A stretch of DNA of 64,000 nt from Octopus sinensis (lineage: Eukaryota), in assembly GCF_006345805.1 (NCBI RefSeq), contig NW_021832834.1, positions 37,563 through 101,562 of the forward strand, given 5' to 3'. The notes beneath the pieces were generated by a model. That model saw only the letters and a program-made list of their open reading frames with translations, ran no database searches and was not told the DNA's origin. Position numbers and translations under genes: made by a program. Of the stretch, positions 1-12,929 are shown piece by piece; position 1 is the first letter of the stretch, and every line of letters starts with the position of its first letter.

Positions 1-19
1 GTTATAAAATATTCTTTTC

Positions 20-950
20 TACTCTCGGCACAAGGCAACTTTCACTTAATTTATCGACCCAGAAATGATGAAAGTCAAAGTCGACCTCGGCGGAATTTGA
101 ACTCAAAACGTAAAAAAACAGTCGAAATGCTTCTTTCTTTAATACCCACAAGGGGCTAAAAACAGAGAAGACAAACAAGGACAGATAAACGGATTAAGTC
201 GATTATATCGACTACAGTGCGTAACTGGTACTTATTTAATCGACCCCGAAAGGATGAAAGGCAAAGTCAACCTCGGCGGAATTTCAACTCAGAACGTAGC
301 GACAGACGAAATACCGCTAAGCATTTCGTCCGGCATACTAACGATTCTGCTTCTTCACCGCCTTTTGATGATATTATATATTCTTTTGAGGAAGGGGCAG
401 CCATCTTTTTGTACCCCAGTACGAAAAGATGGAAGGCAAAGTTTGACCTCGGCGGAATTTGAAATCAGAACTTAAAGACAGACGAAATGCCGCTAAGCAT
501 TTCGCCCGGCGTGCTAACGTTTCTGCTGGTACGCCGCCTTCAAGAATCTGTTCTAGTCTGAGCACAAGCCCTGAAATTTGGTGGGAGGGAGCCAGTCAAT
601 TAGATCGACCCCAGTGCGCAACTTGTATTTAATTTATCAACCCCGAAAGGATAAAAAGGTAAGTCGACCTCGGCGGAATTTGAAATGAAAACGAAAAGAC
701 AGAGGAAATATCTATTTCTTTACTGTCCTCAAGGGGCTACACACAGAAGGGACAAACAAGGACAGCCAAACGGATTAAGTCGATTATATCGACCCCAGTG
801 CGTAACTGGTACTTATTTAATCGCCCCAGAAAGAATGAAAGGCAAAGTCAACCTCGGCGGAATTTCAACACAGAACGCAGCGACAGACGAAATACCGCTA
901 AGCATTTCGCCCGGCGTGCTAACGGTTCTGACAGCTCGCCGCCTTGATGA
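20..950 (-). mobile_element. Stack of about five full or partial tRNA-derived SINE copies (Deu/Nin-domain-like core) in the GPCR intron
   Basis: Repeated block atcgaccccgaaaggatgaaaggcaaagtcgacctcggcggaatttgaactc near 55, 238, 425, 640 and 820. Its reverse complement has a tRNA B-box-like GAGTTCAAATTCC followed by gcctttcatcctttcggggtcgat. The domain name is from memory. Confidence 0.85.
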
Positions 951-1018
951 TACAAAATATTAACCAAGATCTGATATCAATATTCTATAATTCATTATTG
1001 CTTTTGTTGTTGTTATAG

Positions 1019-1163
1019 GCAGTGGCTGCTCTCATACATTACTTCCTTATGACATCTCTTATGTGGATGAGTGTAGAAGTACTTCATGTTTGTCTTCATG
1101 CGGTTGTTATATCAGAAACTGTTCAGAGATCTTTTATGATAAGGAGTTCAATTCTGGCCTGGG
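1019..1163 (+). CDS. Adhesion GPCR (class B2) 7TM exon: TM3-ICL2-start of TM4
   Basis: Acceptor AG at 1017-1018 and donor GTATGT at 1164. Translates AVAALIHYFLMTSLMWMSVEVLHVCLHAVVISETVQRSFMIRSSILAW(G), matching the aGPCR HYFxLxxxxWMxxE and WG motifs. 145 nt, ending in phase 1. Absent from the ORF track. Confidence 0.9.
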
Positions 1164-1228
1164 GTATGTACAAAGTTTTTTTCTCTTTCTGCTTCTAACT
1201 TTATCTCTTTCATATATACATACACACA

Positions 1229-1269
<41 letters not shown>

Positions 1270-1559
1270 GTCAAACACACACAGGCACATACATACACAT
1301 ACACCGTCTTTAAGTTTTTAGTCATTGATGGGAAAGGAGTCACTTGGAACACTCGAACCCAGTATATGATTCTTATTGATTCCATTGAGACAAAAGTGAT
1401 TGAAAGAAAAAATTGACTTTCATGGGACTTGAACTCTGGGTACTAAACTAAACACTAATCAGTAACTTTAAGTATTAAATGAAACACTGTAAACCCAGTG
1501 AAGCTTCAATTTATTTTTCTTCTTTTTTGTGTATATTATTCAACTGTAATACTACTGGA

Positions 1560-2300
1560 AGTTCTAACAATCATTCTGTAAATATTCTAGGACGGCGCTC
1601 TATATCACGAATCCTCTGCATCCTTATCAATCTTACAATATTTAAAAAATAAGATTTAAGGTTAGACATTAAATTCTTGTGGTTTAAAAACAAACACTAT
1701 ATTGATTACGTGTCTGTCTCACAGTAAAATCCAGATTTCTGAACCCAGGAGCATTAAGCCCCGACTGCAAACTCCCACTCTTCTACTGTTGTTGCTTAGT
1801 ACTAAGTCAGCACCGATCCAGTGCATATATAATTGGAGACGTTCTTTCTTAACATAATCAACTTGGAATAGGGAAGATGTCAATTAGCTAAATAATAAAG
1901 AGTGGAATTAGATATAAATTTTGACTTAATTAGTATAATAACTAAGCGAAAGATAAAGGCAGCTAGCTGGTTTGTTGTTTATTAGGAAGGTAGTGTTGGG
2001 TAGTGTGGTTAATATTCATAATTTCAGCTTGGATAGAGTGATAAATTGATGAGATGAGGAAGTAGTTGAAACGAGATGTAAATATGTGGATACAGAAGTG
2101 CATCACATATTTATATACACGCAGCATAAATGTAAACCATAAGGAAACAGATTCTCAGGGTTAGCCATTAGGGAAACCTAAATTGATTTTCCTTTTCATG
2201 AAGTAGTTTCTGTCTCTGATCTTATCTCTAGAATAAAACCAAGTGTTATCCATTTCGCACTTTCATCTGATGCACTATGTAGTTTGTGAAGACGTTAATG
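1560..2300 (-). mobile_element. Heavily decayed CR1/L2-type endonuclease remnant
   Basis: Minus strand encodes DLVLSNN near 1790-1810 and CVYI near 2110-2125, which are APE-domain-like motifs. No ORF. Confidence 0.35.
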
Positions 2301-2621
2301 AGAGCGCATTTTTGTTGTCCTCCATGTAATTTAGTCTTCATACCATTGTCGAGAATTCCCAAAATATTTTAATTGCTGTTTCCCACTGGAAATTATAGAT
2401 CGGAGTCAGATATTTGTGACACCTATTTATAGGAATTTAGGAAGAAATAGTAAAAACTGACCCATGTGTGGATCGAAAAAATATTGAATTTGAATTGAAC
2501 TACACGTTTTTTTTTCTGACCAAAAACATTTCCAACTTAATCGATTCAAATTTCACATATTTGTTATTTTAAATATTGATTAATATCTACATAAATTAAT
2601 TAATGTATATATTGTTGTCAG

Positions 2622-2694
2622 GTCTTCCAATGATCATTGTCGCATTTACTCTGGCAATTAACTACACCAACAATTACATCAGAATTGAACAAAC
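2622..2694 (+). CDS. Adhesion GPCR exon: TM4-ECL2
   Basis: AG at 2620-2621 and GTAAGT at 2695. Translates (G)LPMIIVAFTLAINYTNNYIRIEQ(T). Starts in phase 1, completing WGLP, and ends in phase 2, matching both neighbouring exons. Confidence 0.88.
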
Positions 2695-3789
2695 GTAAGT
2701 ATTTCTGCGTTTTATTCACCGAATCTTCTCAGGTCTTCACAACTAATATTTAGGTTATGGATCAAATGTAATCAAACTAAAACAACGACTTTTATTCCTG
2801 GAAGCTACCCTGCTCCACTAACATTCTTAATGATTTTTTTCTTTCACAGAAACATGTATCTCATTTATCCCCCCCCCCACTCAATTCATAAGACTAAAAA
2901 ATACAACACCCTGTAAATATCAACACCCATGACTAGCAGAGAAATTTGAATAGTAGAAATATTTATGTGTCTAACCCGATAAAGTACAGTGGTGTCCCCC
3001 AATTTGATAACAGGAAGTTGAAATAATTTATTTCGTTTTTTTTATGTAATGAAGTTGTGTACTCGAGTCCATGTGTCCCAGTTAATAGCGCCGCCTGAGA
3101 GAGTCTTTCAATTCTTTTAAAAGTCAGGTTTTATATCATAACAGCCTATTTAAATAGGGAGCTGCTATTGATTGTGATATGTCCAGATACAGGTTGTTTG
3201 TCTTGTTGGTACATTTTGAAGTCATTTGTCCAGATACCATTTGAAGGTGATGGAATATTTTTCTTCGTTCTTTCCTTTTGGGTCAATAATGAAAAAAACA
3301 TAATTGTTTTACAACGTGGCCATGTGTTGTAAACTTCAATAGTGTGGAATCCGTATGGCACCGGGTTTCAGTCCTGGATGGACTGTAAACTTGATACTGC
3401 AGTCGTTTGAGTAATGCTAGTGATATATTCTCCACATTGTGCGACTGATATATACACTCACGCTGGCGTTGGAGAGAAAGAGAAAAAGTTTCAATGTTTT
3501 TAAGACGGTCCAGAGAGAGACAAGACCTATCATACCACTTACTTTTGTATTTATATCAATTACTCCCTGGAGTGCCTCAATTTGCATGTTTCCTTGTGTG
3601 TGTGGCGAGGGAGACTACTGTTATTATCTCATGTATTATCAACTGGTTCTACGGCAAAGAAAAATACAAATTCACCCACTTCAGCACTACAGAATTCTAA
3701 GTCGTTTCGGAAACAAATCTCACCTTATAAAGGGAGCATATTTTGGGAACCAAGATTTACGACCTTCAGGGACCAAGAGATAAGTATAA

Positions 3790-4330
3790 TAATATATGGA
3801 GACTGCAATTTTTATTTTCCTCATTCTTCAATCATATCTTCCAGATTTCAACAATTGGTCAATCGTTATGGAAAAATCCCATAAAATCTTATAATTATTA
3901 ATCTCCATGATAGCCTCTGACTCGTTCACACCATTTTCCTGTTACATCTCAATGCAGTCTTTCAGCAACTCAGTCATAACAGCGCTTATACACTTTTTAT
4001 GCAAGCTTACTGCATTTACTAAAAATAGTTAACACGTCTTTTCTTTCCTCATCTGGATGTTCTGTAGTTACTCTCTGAATCTTATCGGTTTTTATCTTTA
4101 ACAAATTAGTTCTAATGGCTTTTCTGAGCAGCTAAAATTGATAATTCAATGTTTTTGCTTCGGGTTTTCATCAGTCAGTACAATCGGCAATTTTTGTTTT
4201 TTATAAGATTCTCCGTTTTATTGTATGAATTTGCCATGTAATTCTTTGTTTTCAGCTCTTAGTCTTATGTTTCCTTTTGTTTTTGAATTCTCGTAATGTT
4301 TCTGTACCTTTCTGATAAAGTTTTCCTATC
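3790..4330 (-). mobile_element. Decayed R4/Dong-like (RLE-endonuclease) LINE fragment
   Basis: Minus-strand peptides ELHGKF, AAQ..AIRTN, CSKLA.K.YKR and NYKILWDFSI are typical of the C-terminal region of R4-clade ORFs. Confidence 0.6.
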
Positions 4331-5055
4331 TAGTTCGGTCTTGTGCTGTAGGATGTAGTTTATTGTAACTACTCTTCATTGAAATACAATGAAAATCAGT
4401 AGCAATGTCACAGAGAATGAAACACAAAAACAGGCAGTAAATGATGGAAGCAATACCCATAACAGGACAATGCTAAAATAAATACACAGATAACTGACAC
4501 TTAAATAACACCTAATGGTGGAATATAAATCTGATTATCAAACTTTCGCTTTTAACCTGCTCACATAAAAGAAGACAGCAATACACCTCAACGTAGCTTC
4601 ATTCTGAAAATGAAATGCTGAAGAGCCAAACATTTTTGTTGAAACACTTGAGAAATTTACTGTTCCAAACAAAATACAAAGAACTCAAGAAAATGTAAAC
4701 AGTTCTTGAGAAAACTATAATATTTCTATTACATGTTTAAAAGTAACTATTCTTCTCTTCTTTCCTCTTATATGCATGCATCTACGAATACATGTATGTA
4801 TATATTGTGTATGTATGTATTTATTTATGTATGCACTCGTAAGGATAGGGAGGTGTTTTTTGCGTATTTGAATATTGAAATATTGGATAGAATATCTGAT
4901 TTAGCAATGTACATAACACACTGCAAGTGCGTTGAAGGCTTTTCATTTCATTTTGGATCAAAATCACTTCGCATTACTCCCTCTCTGACCCTTCAATTCG
5001 ATGACATTTGATAATTGTTTTGTTTTTTCTTAATCTATCCTCTATTTCTTTTTAG

Positions 5056-5447
5056 ATGCTGGTTATCAGCGGTACCGTTCTATACTGCTCTTGTGGCTCC
5101 CATGGGGATCATTCTCATCTTCAACGTTTTTATCTTCTCCATTGATTTCTGGTACTTAATGATGTTACAAACTAACACGACATTGAAACTCGAAACAAAA
5201 CGAACACGTATTTTGGGCATCGTTGGCGTGTTTGTCCTGTTCAGTGCGGCGTGGATCTTAGCATTCTTCAGTTTTGGTGAAACAGATGAAGTGTTTACCT
5301 TCCTCTTTGCCATATTCAATTTGCTTCAAGGAATGTTTGTCTTCTTTTACTACTGTATATACACGAAAAATACCAGAGATGTCATTTTTTCATGTATACA
5401 TAAAAGAAAGGAGGAGAATACCAGGGAAAATGATACGTCCAATAAAA
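5056..5447 (+). CDS. Adhesion GPCR exon: ECL2 (CWL) through TM5-TM7 and proximal C-tail
   Basis: Polypyrimidine tract plus AG at 5054-5055, GTAAGT at 5448. CWLSAVPFYTALVAPMGIILIFN...AWILAFF...FAIFNLLQGMFVFFYYC matches the aGPCR CWL and N(S)LQG motifs. The phase-2 junction gives ACA (Thr). Confidence 0.92.
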
Positions 5448-5656
5448 GTAAGTACAATTTGCCCTTTCCATTTCCTACGACCGCCAAAACCGGGAGCAAT
5501 GTTATCAAAAAGGGTTTAAGAACAAATATCACTTCTAACAGCACAATGACTATTGACAGCATCAGTCTTAGGATTCACATCATCATAAATACCAACTCCA
5601 CCATTGCTGCCATCAACATCATCATCAGTACACACACACACACATACACACGCATA

Positions 5657-7238
5657 CAGCGGGGGGAAATAAATATTCGCACATGTCAAAATTCTTTATT
5701 TAATTTATGATGAACATAAATGGGATATACCAATACTATATTTGCATACACATGCATAAACTAAGAATATGCAAAAGAAACTAATAAATTATAGTAACTA
5801 AGGAATTTATATTCATTATAAATATTTAGGGGCGAAAAAGTATTCGTACAGACCATAAATAACTGATAATTCTGATTTAATACTTCGTAGCATAACCATT
5901 ATTCAGTTTCACTTCAACCAATCTCTTCTTGTTGTTCTTAAGCAATGACTCGCATGTTTCTTTAGGATTTTTTCCCATTCTTCTTGACAAATTTTCTTAA
6001 AATCTCCAATGTGCGTTGGGGCTCTTGAATGAATTTTAATCTTTAAATAACGCCACAAATTTTCAATGCGGTTCAAGTCAGGTGACTGGCTTGGCCATTC
6101 TAATAATGTTATATTGTGATCGACAATCCATTTTTTTTGGTAGACTTCGCCGTGTGCTTAGGGTCGTTACCCTGTTGTAAAACCCATCTTTCACAAAGCT
6201 GTAGCTTTTCTACAGAGTCCCATAAATTATTGTTCAAAATATTTTGGTACATCTCTGCATTCATTCTACCATCTATCAAATGTAAATTGCCAGTACTATT
6301 TGCAGAGAAACACCCCCACACCATGATGTTGCCACCTCCAAACTTTACGGTAGGAATTATGTTTTTCCTCCAAACATGGTTACGCGAATTTCGTCCAAAC
6401 AATTCAATTTTCGACACGTCTGTCCATAGAACATTTTCCCAGAATGTATCAGATTTATCTTTATGTTCATAAACAAATTTTAAACGGGCATCTCTATGCC
6501 TTTTAGTCAAGAGCGGAGTTTTTCTTGGAGAGCTTGACTTCAGTTCATTCCTATCAATTTCATTGCTGATTGTTCGTAGTGTAACACTAGTTCCTGAAGC
6601 TGACAAATCTTCTTACAACTTCTTTCTGGTGATCATTGCGTTTATTTCGATTCTCCATTTCATTTTTTTTAAGACCTAGGGGAACTCTTGCGTGGTGCAC
6701 CGGATCTTATTCTGTTTTCCACAGTTCCCGATTCTTTATATCATTAAATAAATGAAAATATGGTAGTAAATGGAATACAAAGGAGCTCTGGTATTTTTCT
6801 GTAATTTTTACCTGTTTTCCATTGTTCAATAATTAAGTTTTTTAATGACTTTGTGAGTTCTTTACTTTTCACCATTGTTACGATACTACTTTATGTTGTC
6901 TCCGTGCTGAATGAAAAAGCTAGTGTTTTGACACTTAAAAATGACAACTGATAAGATTATTGGAACAAACGAGAAAGTTCTAGTAAAAAAAATTATTTTA
7001 ACAATATTTTGTGGCATAGAAAATCATAAATGTATTCTGAACGAATACTTTTTTCACCCCTAAATATTTATAATTGCATATAAATTCATTAGTTATTATG
7101 ATTTATTAGGTTTCTTTTTGCATATTGTTAGTTTATGCATGTGTATGCAAATACAGTATTGGTATATACCGTTTATGTTCATTATAAATTAAATAAATTG
7201 AGAATTTTGACATGTACAAGTATTTATTTCCCCCACTA
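5657..7238 (-). mobile_element. Tc1-family DNA transposon with long IR/DR-type TIRs; defective transposase
   Basis: TA at 5655-5656, then cagcggggggaaataaatattcg. The right end is the inverted copy ...caagtatttatttcccccact. TIRs are about 200 bp. ORF 6109-6606 has WTDxSK, GGGNIMVWGCF and QQxNDPKH (third D-box with D to G). Confidence 0.92.
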
Positions 7239-7379
7239 CATATATATATATGTGTGTGTGTGTGTGTAAATATAATATGTGATAATTATTCGGTAGCCAT
7301 GATAAAACGCCGAGTTTCGAATATCGGGGTGTAAAGTCGGGGAGTAAAGTTAGGGGAGTAAAAATGTTCATAGTAATCG

Positions 7380-8130
7380 CGTAAATGCGCACGTCCATAC
7401 ATACACATGCGCGCACCCATACCCACGCACATGCGCCTATATGTATATACTCATCCATCCTCACTTGAAACACATGCATGCTCACCTACACATTTGCTAA
7501 AAAATATATACACACTCGCATACACACTCGCATACACACTCGCATACACACTCGCATACACACTCGCATACACACACACACGCGCGCGCAAAAGAGGGTT
7601 TCTACACCCATCTATGTTCGCACATGCACAACAAAAAACAGGGCCAAAGGCAAAAATACGGAAAAAAGTGTAAAAAATATAAGCAATAACAATGAAACAC
7701 GACTATATATGCACATACTCGCATGCACACACCCGCACGTCTATAGACGCACATACACGCACACGCCTATATACGCACACACACACGCGCACAAAAAGTT
7801 TCATACACACGTCTATATACGCATATGCACAAGGAAAAATAGGTCTAAAGGCAAAATACAGAAAAATGTGTAAAGATAAGCAATAAGAGTAAAACACGTC
7901 TATATACGTACATTCTCGCATGCACGCACACACACATGTCTATATACGCACATACCTGCACACACGCACACATCCACACGCGCGCACAAAATATGCCATA
8001 TGCACATCTATATACGCGCAGGAAAATGCACGGTTGAAGGCAGAATACAGACAAAATATGTGTAAAAGATATATGAGTAATTAAACAAACAAACAATATC
8101 GCTATAAATATGTAAAAAATATATAAACAC
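7380..8130. repeat. Complex CA-rich satellite with about three degenerate ~200-bp units
   Basis: Recurring atgcac...aggc/tctaaaggcaaaatac.gaaaaa.gtgtaaa block near 7625, 7825 and 8030, separated by (CA)/(CGCA) tracts; (tacacactcgca)n at 7509-7570. Confidence 0.7.
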
Positions 8131-8179
8131 ATATATAAGAAATATAACTAAAATGTATAGAGAGATAAAAATCTTGTAC

Positions 8180-8430
8180 GTGGAGGGACCAAAAACGTAA
8201 CAAATATTTTGCCATATGTGGACATGTCTGAAGAGTTCAGTTCTTGAATTTAGACATGTGGCGGGGTCTAAAATGCTTTTCTAGGTGAGCCATCGTTCCA
8301 TATCACAAAGACCGCACTTTCCACTGCCGTTGGTGTAGGGCTTCGATCTAGGGCTTCATTGGCTAAGATCTTCCAATGGATGTTGTAACTTACACCTTTA
8401 TCTTTTAAGGACCATATACGAAACCTCGAA
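8180..8430 (-). mobile_element. Penelope-like element C-terminal (GIY-YIG-associated) fragment
   Basis: Minus strand reads IWSLKDKGVSYNIHWKIL, then (after a frameshift) PYTNGSGKCGLCDME...LNSRTEL. This matches the PLE C-terminal pattern IWxLK...WxIL...CxLCxxE...LNxRxE. Confidence 0.75.
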
Positions 8431-8599
8431 GTCAAACAGGTACACGCACACAGACAGAGCACACACGCACACATACACACATGCCTATAATAAGCGAAAA
8501 TGGATAGTCGTTTGTTCAATTCATGCATTTTTAAATAGCATGGAAATTGATTTCCACACAGCGTAAATGATGCGAAATTATGTCATTTCCATTACAGAA

Positions 8600-11155
8600 T
8601 ATACGTTATTACCAGCCATAACGTCAGGCATCATGACCTGTCAATAGATAGATTTGTCTGCAAAGCCTTCAATTCCATGACATATCAGGAGGAAGTTACC
8701 TAAACCAAAGAAGCTGTGAGAGGTGGTGTTAATTTAAAACACAGCCAATCAGCTAGTGTCTTCACAAAAGCGACAGTTTACTCAATGATAAGTCCTTCTC
8801 AAGCAGGAGATAGATTAATAGCTATAGGACAATATATCATTCTAGTTGGCATATCAGTGATAATGCTCCGGCTAAATGTTTCAGTATCACAATGAATCTG
8901 TAAAGGAGAATACTATCCATAAAATTAGAAACCAAGAAGCAAGAACGATTGAAAAAACATTTTAAAACATCAAAAAAGTTAAAAGAATAAGATTAGAAAC
9001 AGAAATAAAATAACATCAAAGTGTGATGATGATGATGATGATGATGCTGATGATGATGATGATGATGATGATGATGAGGAGGAGGAGGAGGAGGAAGACG
9101 CTGGCCGAGAAATTCCAATAGACCCAGAGACATCACCAAAATGGTTCACAGAAGTAAAATAAATCTATCCTAAGTCTCAGATTCAGTGGAACTGCAAACC
9201 CACAAAGCTACAGGCGAATAACTTGTCTCTCTCCTTGCAATTTTCAAGGCTTTAACTGCAATAATATCGCAGAAAAAGGACAAACATCTATAAGATAACA
9301 ATTTGTTTCCAGAAGAGCAGAACGGGTGCTGCAAGTACACCTATGGTTGCAAAAATCTGTTATTAACCAATACAGCCGTAACGGAAGGCAGCCAAAAGGA
9401 AAAAAAAAGACGAGTCTAAGCATGGCTTGGATTGATTATTGAAAGGCTTTTGATAATATTCCCCATACACGGATCCTGAAAACACTAGTCATGAACAAGG
9501 TAGCACCAATAATAATAGAATATGTAAAAAAATACCATAAATAAAGGTAAACAATCTTGCAGCCCCAGACAAAAGAGGGCCTCAAAATACTAATGACACC
9601 CTCATTAGAAGATGTTCCACGGAGATACGCTCTCTTCACTCCTTTCTGCTTGGCACTGACATATTTAATTGACATGCTAAAGAGAACTGGTTGTAGATAC
9701 AATCAACCATCTCTTGTATATGGATGATCGAAAACTGAATGCTGTAAATGACAAGCAACTGGAAACATTACTACAGACAGTGCATGGTGTTATCAAAGAA
9801 ATAAACATGAAATTAGGTTTAGAAAAGTTTTCCAAAATCAACCTTGAAAACGGGAAAACTAGTTAAGAGTAAACGTTTCGTACAAGATAAAGCAAAAGAA
9901 ATAAGAGAATTAGACCAAAGACAGATGTACAAATAATTAGGCATCAATGAACAAGATGGAGTTCAACACACACAGGTGAAAGAAAAGGTAAGAAATGAAT
10001 ATTACGAACGAATTAGATTAACACTTAAAACAAAGATCAATGCGAAAAACAAGATAATGGGTATAAACAATTTAGACACCCACAATATTCTTAACTGGGC
10101 TCTAAATTAATTAACACAACTACACAGGAAATCAAGAAAAATTATAGAATTTTAGATGCACCACTCAAAATCTGACATAGAAAGGTTATATATACAATGA
10201 CGTGAAAGTGGTAGAAGCCTTATACAAATAAAAAAAAACTATTACAAAATAATCACCGTAAGATTACGGAAACACCTAATTCAGAAGCAATGATAACTGC
10301 CGCAAATATCCACAAACCTTGAGCAAACAAAACTGTTTTCTGTCTTTAGCAAAGTGAGAAATACAAAAAAACAAGTCACAGTACGTGATAAATATAAAGA
10401 CAAAGAGGAAACAACAAAAGCTATAAAATAACTGAAATCCAGTGTAAAACTGGAACAACAAAGTATGACAGAACGATGACAAGAAACGTATTTACATGGC
10501 AAATATTGGGTGGGATAAGCTAAACAGAAAAGAAATAGACAGTAAAATCCCAACAATGTCTGAGAAGCTCAGGACTCAACGCAGAAAGTAAAGGATTTTT
10601 AATTGCATCACAAGATCATATCCTCCCCAACAGAAATCGCCAGAAATATATAATGAAGAAAGATAGAAGTATTTGCCTAATCTTTTGTGGAGAAGAAACA
10701 ATAAATCATATTCTCTCTGGCAGCCCAGTCCACGCTAAGAGGTTATATAACCACAAACATGAGAGAAATGGGACCTATATATACTGGAAGTTATGCCAAT
10801 ACTATGGAATTATATCAGAGTTAAGACGGTATAGGTGCACCCCATAAAATACAAAAGATATGGAAGTAGAGGTGACCTGTGCGTGGTGCCTAAAACAGAA
10901 ACAATATTTATAATAATTAGACATCATTAAAAACTATTCAGACAAATACATAACCAAAATGACAAGACTTACAAATATACAAAACATACAGAAAGGTAGC
11001 GCTACCACGCACATCCTTCGTAAAGCACTTTCAATACGGTGAAAATATGGGGACAACAATAAACCACAGCTCATACCCAAGGCACACAGAGCTGCGCTCG
11101 GTAGTAGAGTGGAAGCGCTTGAGAAAAATACAACTACCGAATAATAATAATAATA
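8600..11155 (+). mobile_element. Degraded R4/Dong-clade non-LTR retrotransposon ending in (TAA)n
   Basis: INHLLYMDD RT motif near 9700; HGKY near 10495; CCHC-like C..ETINHILSGSP..AKR.Y...H...GTYIYWKLCQYYG at 10653-10847; (aat)n at 11139-11153. Confidence 0.75.
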
Positions 11156-11266
11156 CCGCAAGAGAAAATTTAATATTTGTAGATAATAGGCATCAACTGT
11201 ATACACATTGAAATACATTGGTATGCGGAGAATCACGCGTCATCACACTTATACGGACATACAGGC

Positions 11267-11316
<50 letters not shown>

Positions 11317-11319
<3 letters not shown>

Positions 11320-11487
11320 TCTTTACTACCCACAAGGGGCTAAACACAGAGGGGGACGAACAAGGACAGAGAAACAGATTAAGTCGATTATATCGACCCC
11401 AGTGCGTAACTGGTACTTATTTAATCGACCCCGAAAGGATGAAAGGCAAAGTCGACCTCGGCGGAATTTGAACTCAGGACGTAGCGA
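11317..11487 (-). mobile_element. Deu/Nin-like SINE, 5'-truncated
   Basis: Same core and tail as the copies at 20-950. Confidence 0.85.
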
Positions 11488-11913
11488 TATATATATATAT
11501 ATATATATATACAAAATAAGAAAATGGAGGAATAGATTTCTTTCAATTATCAACTGCTAGATAATACCAATTCATAAGATTTATTAACTAATTATTTAGG
11601 AACATCCAGATCAAACAGAATAATACAGAATAAAACAGTACACATCAATAAGTAAGAAAATACCATAAGAACAATACATATAAATATAAAATGGATCTTA
11701 CAGCTGTTTCAGCCTGTAGATAAGAGTATCTCATTATGGTCATATTAGTCAGATGTATTGAGGTAATATACAGTTATAAATGAGTTATATATATATATCT
11801 CAAGGCCTCGTCAGAGATTATAAAGTACAATTATAAAGGTAGAAAATGAAGATATAAAGTACAAATATGAATATTAAAGGAGGTACACATATACAAGTAT
11901 TTATATATATATA

Positions 11914-11974
<61 letters not shown>

Positions 11975-11978
<4 letters not shown>

Positions 11979-12340
11979 AGTGTCCCTCATCATCGCTGCC
12001 AAGTCCTGCCTCTCTCGCATACCAGTGTCTCTCATATGGCAACAAAGTATGTCAACCCTGGTCTCCCTCTTATGGCGTGTCTATGTAGAGGATCCCTCAG
12101 GAAAGCCGAGTGCAATATCAACTCTGTATGACGGTGAACATATCCAGCTAACCTCTGCCTTATTTTCAAGGTAACTTTTGGGAGGCTGTCGTATATCTCT
12201 GTGTTCTTCATCCTCAGAGTGTACTGATTAATGTTCTCAGCCATCCTCAGCATTCTCCTGTGGCACCCATCCACCATCTGAGTGAGAATTTCGGTCAGTG
12301 TCCAAGTCTTAGACCCGTACAACAGCACAAACTCCACAGA
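11975..12340 (-). mobile_element. RTE-clade LINE 3' fragment
   Basis: ORF 12032-12337: VLLYGSKTWTLT...DGCHRRMLRMA...RQRLAGYVHRH...RGRPGLTY, the typical RTE post-RT region. Confidence 0.8.
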
Positions 12341-12765
12341 TCTTTAGGTCTTTACGAAGGTTCGACTTCAATATTGGAAAGGTTGCAAGACGCAACGAAA
12401 ATTTCAGAAAAATAAAGAAGGAGATGAGTAAAGATTTTTACGGGTGAGTGTGTTAAATTATAAGGCACTAAAAGAGAATGACTCTCCCAAGGCACAATAA
12501 AATATGCTTCAACACGCGAACCAAATCCGAATCTAAATAAATTAGATTGTGGCACTAGAATAGACAGTGAAATTGACTCGTAATGAAACCTGTTTCGATT
12601 TACAGACCATAAATAACTTAAGATGCCATAACAGAGGCGGAGTGTTTAGAAAAATAATCGCCAAGTAGCAAAACAGACCAGTGAAAACAATCTTTGCACA
12701 ATGTACTGAAACAAGCGTTCTTAGTCGCTTAAAAACTGTTATACATACAAACATTATATATATAT

Positions 12766-12814
<49 letters not shown>

Positions 12815-12929
12815 CATACATATATACCGAGTGAGAGATGGGAGGGAGAGAGAAATGGAGAGAGCTGGATAGGCAGATAGAATCATATTAAATATACATA
12901 CAGTCATGCACATCGTAATCAGAATAAAA

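Noticed and set aside
217-963. Short ORFs MKGKVNLGGI...
   Set aside because: They are incidental frames through SINE copies.
5448-5710. C-terminal part of the 231-aa ORF 5015-5710 as normal coding sequence
   Set aside because: It lies past a consensus GTAAGT donor and runs into a CA tract and the Tc1 TIR.
9023-9096. Poly-Asp/Glu stretch as an acidic protein domain
   Set aside because: It is a (GAT)n(GAG)n tract within a decayed LINE, with no ORF or splice context.
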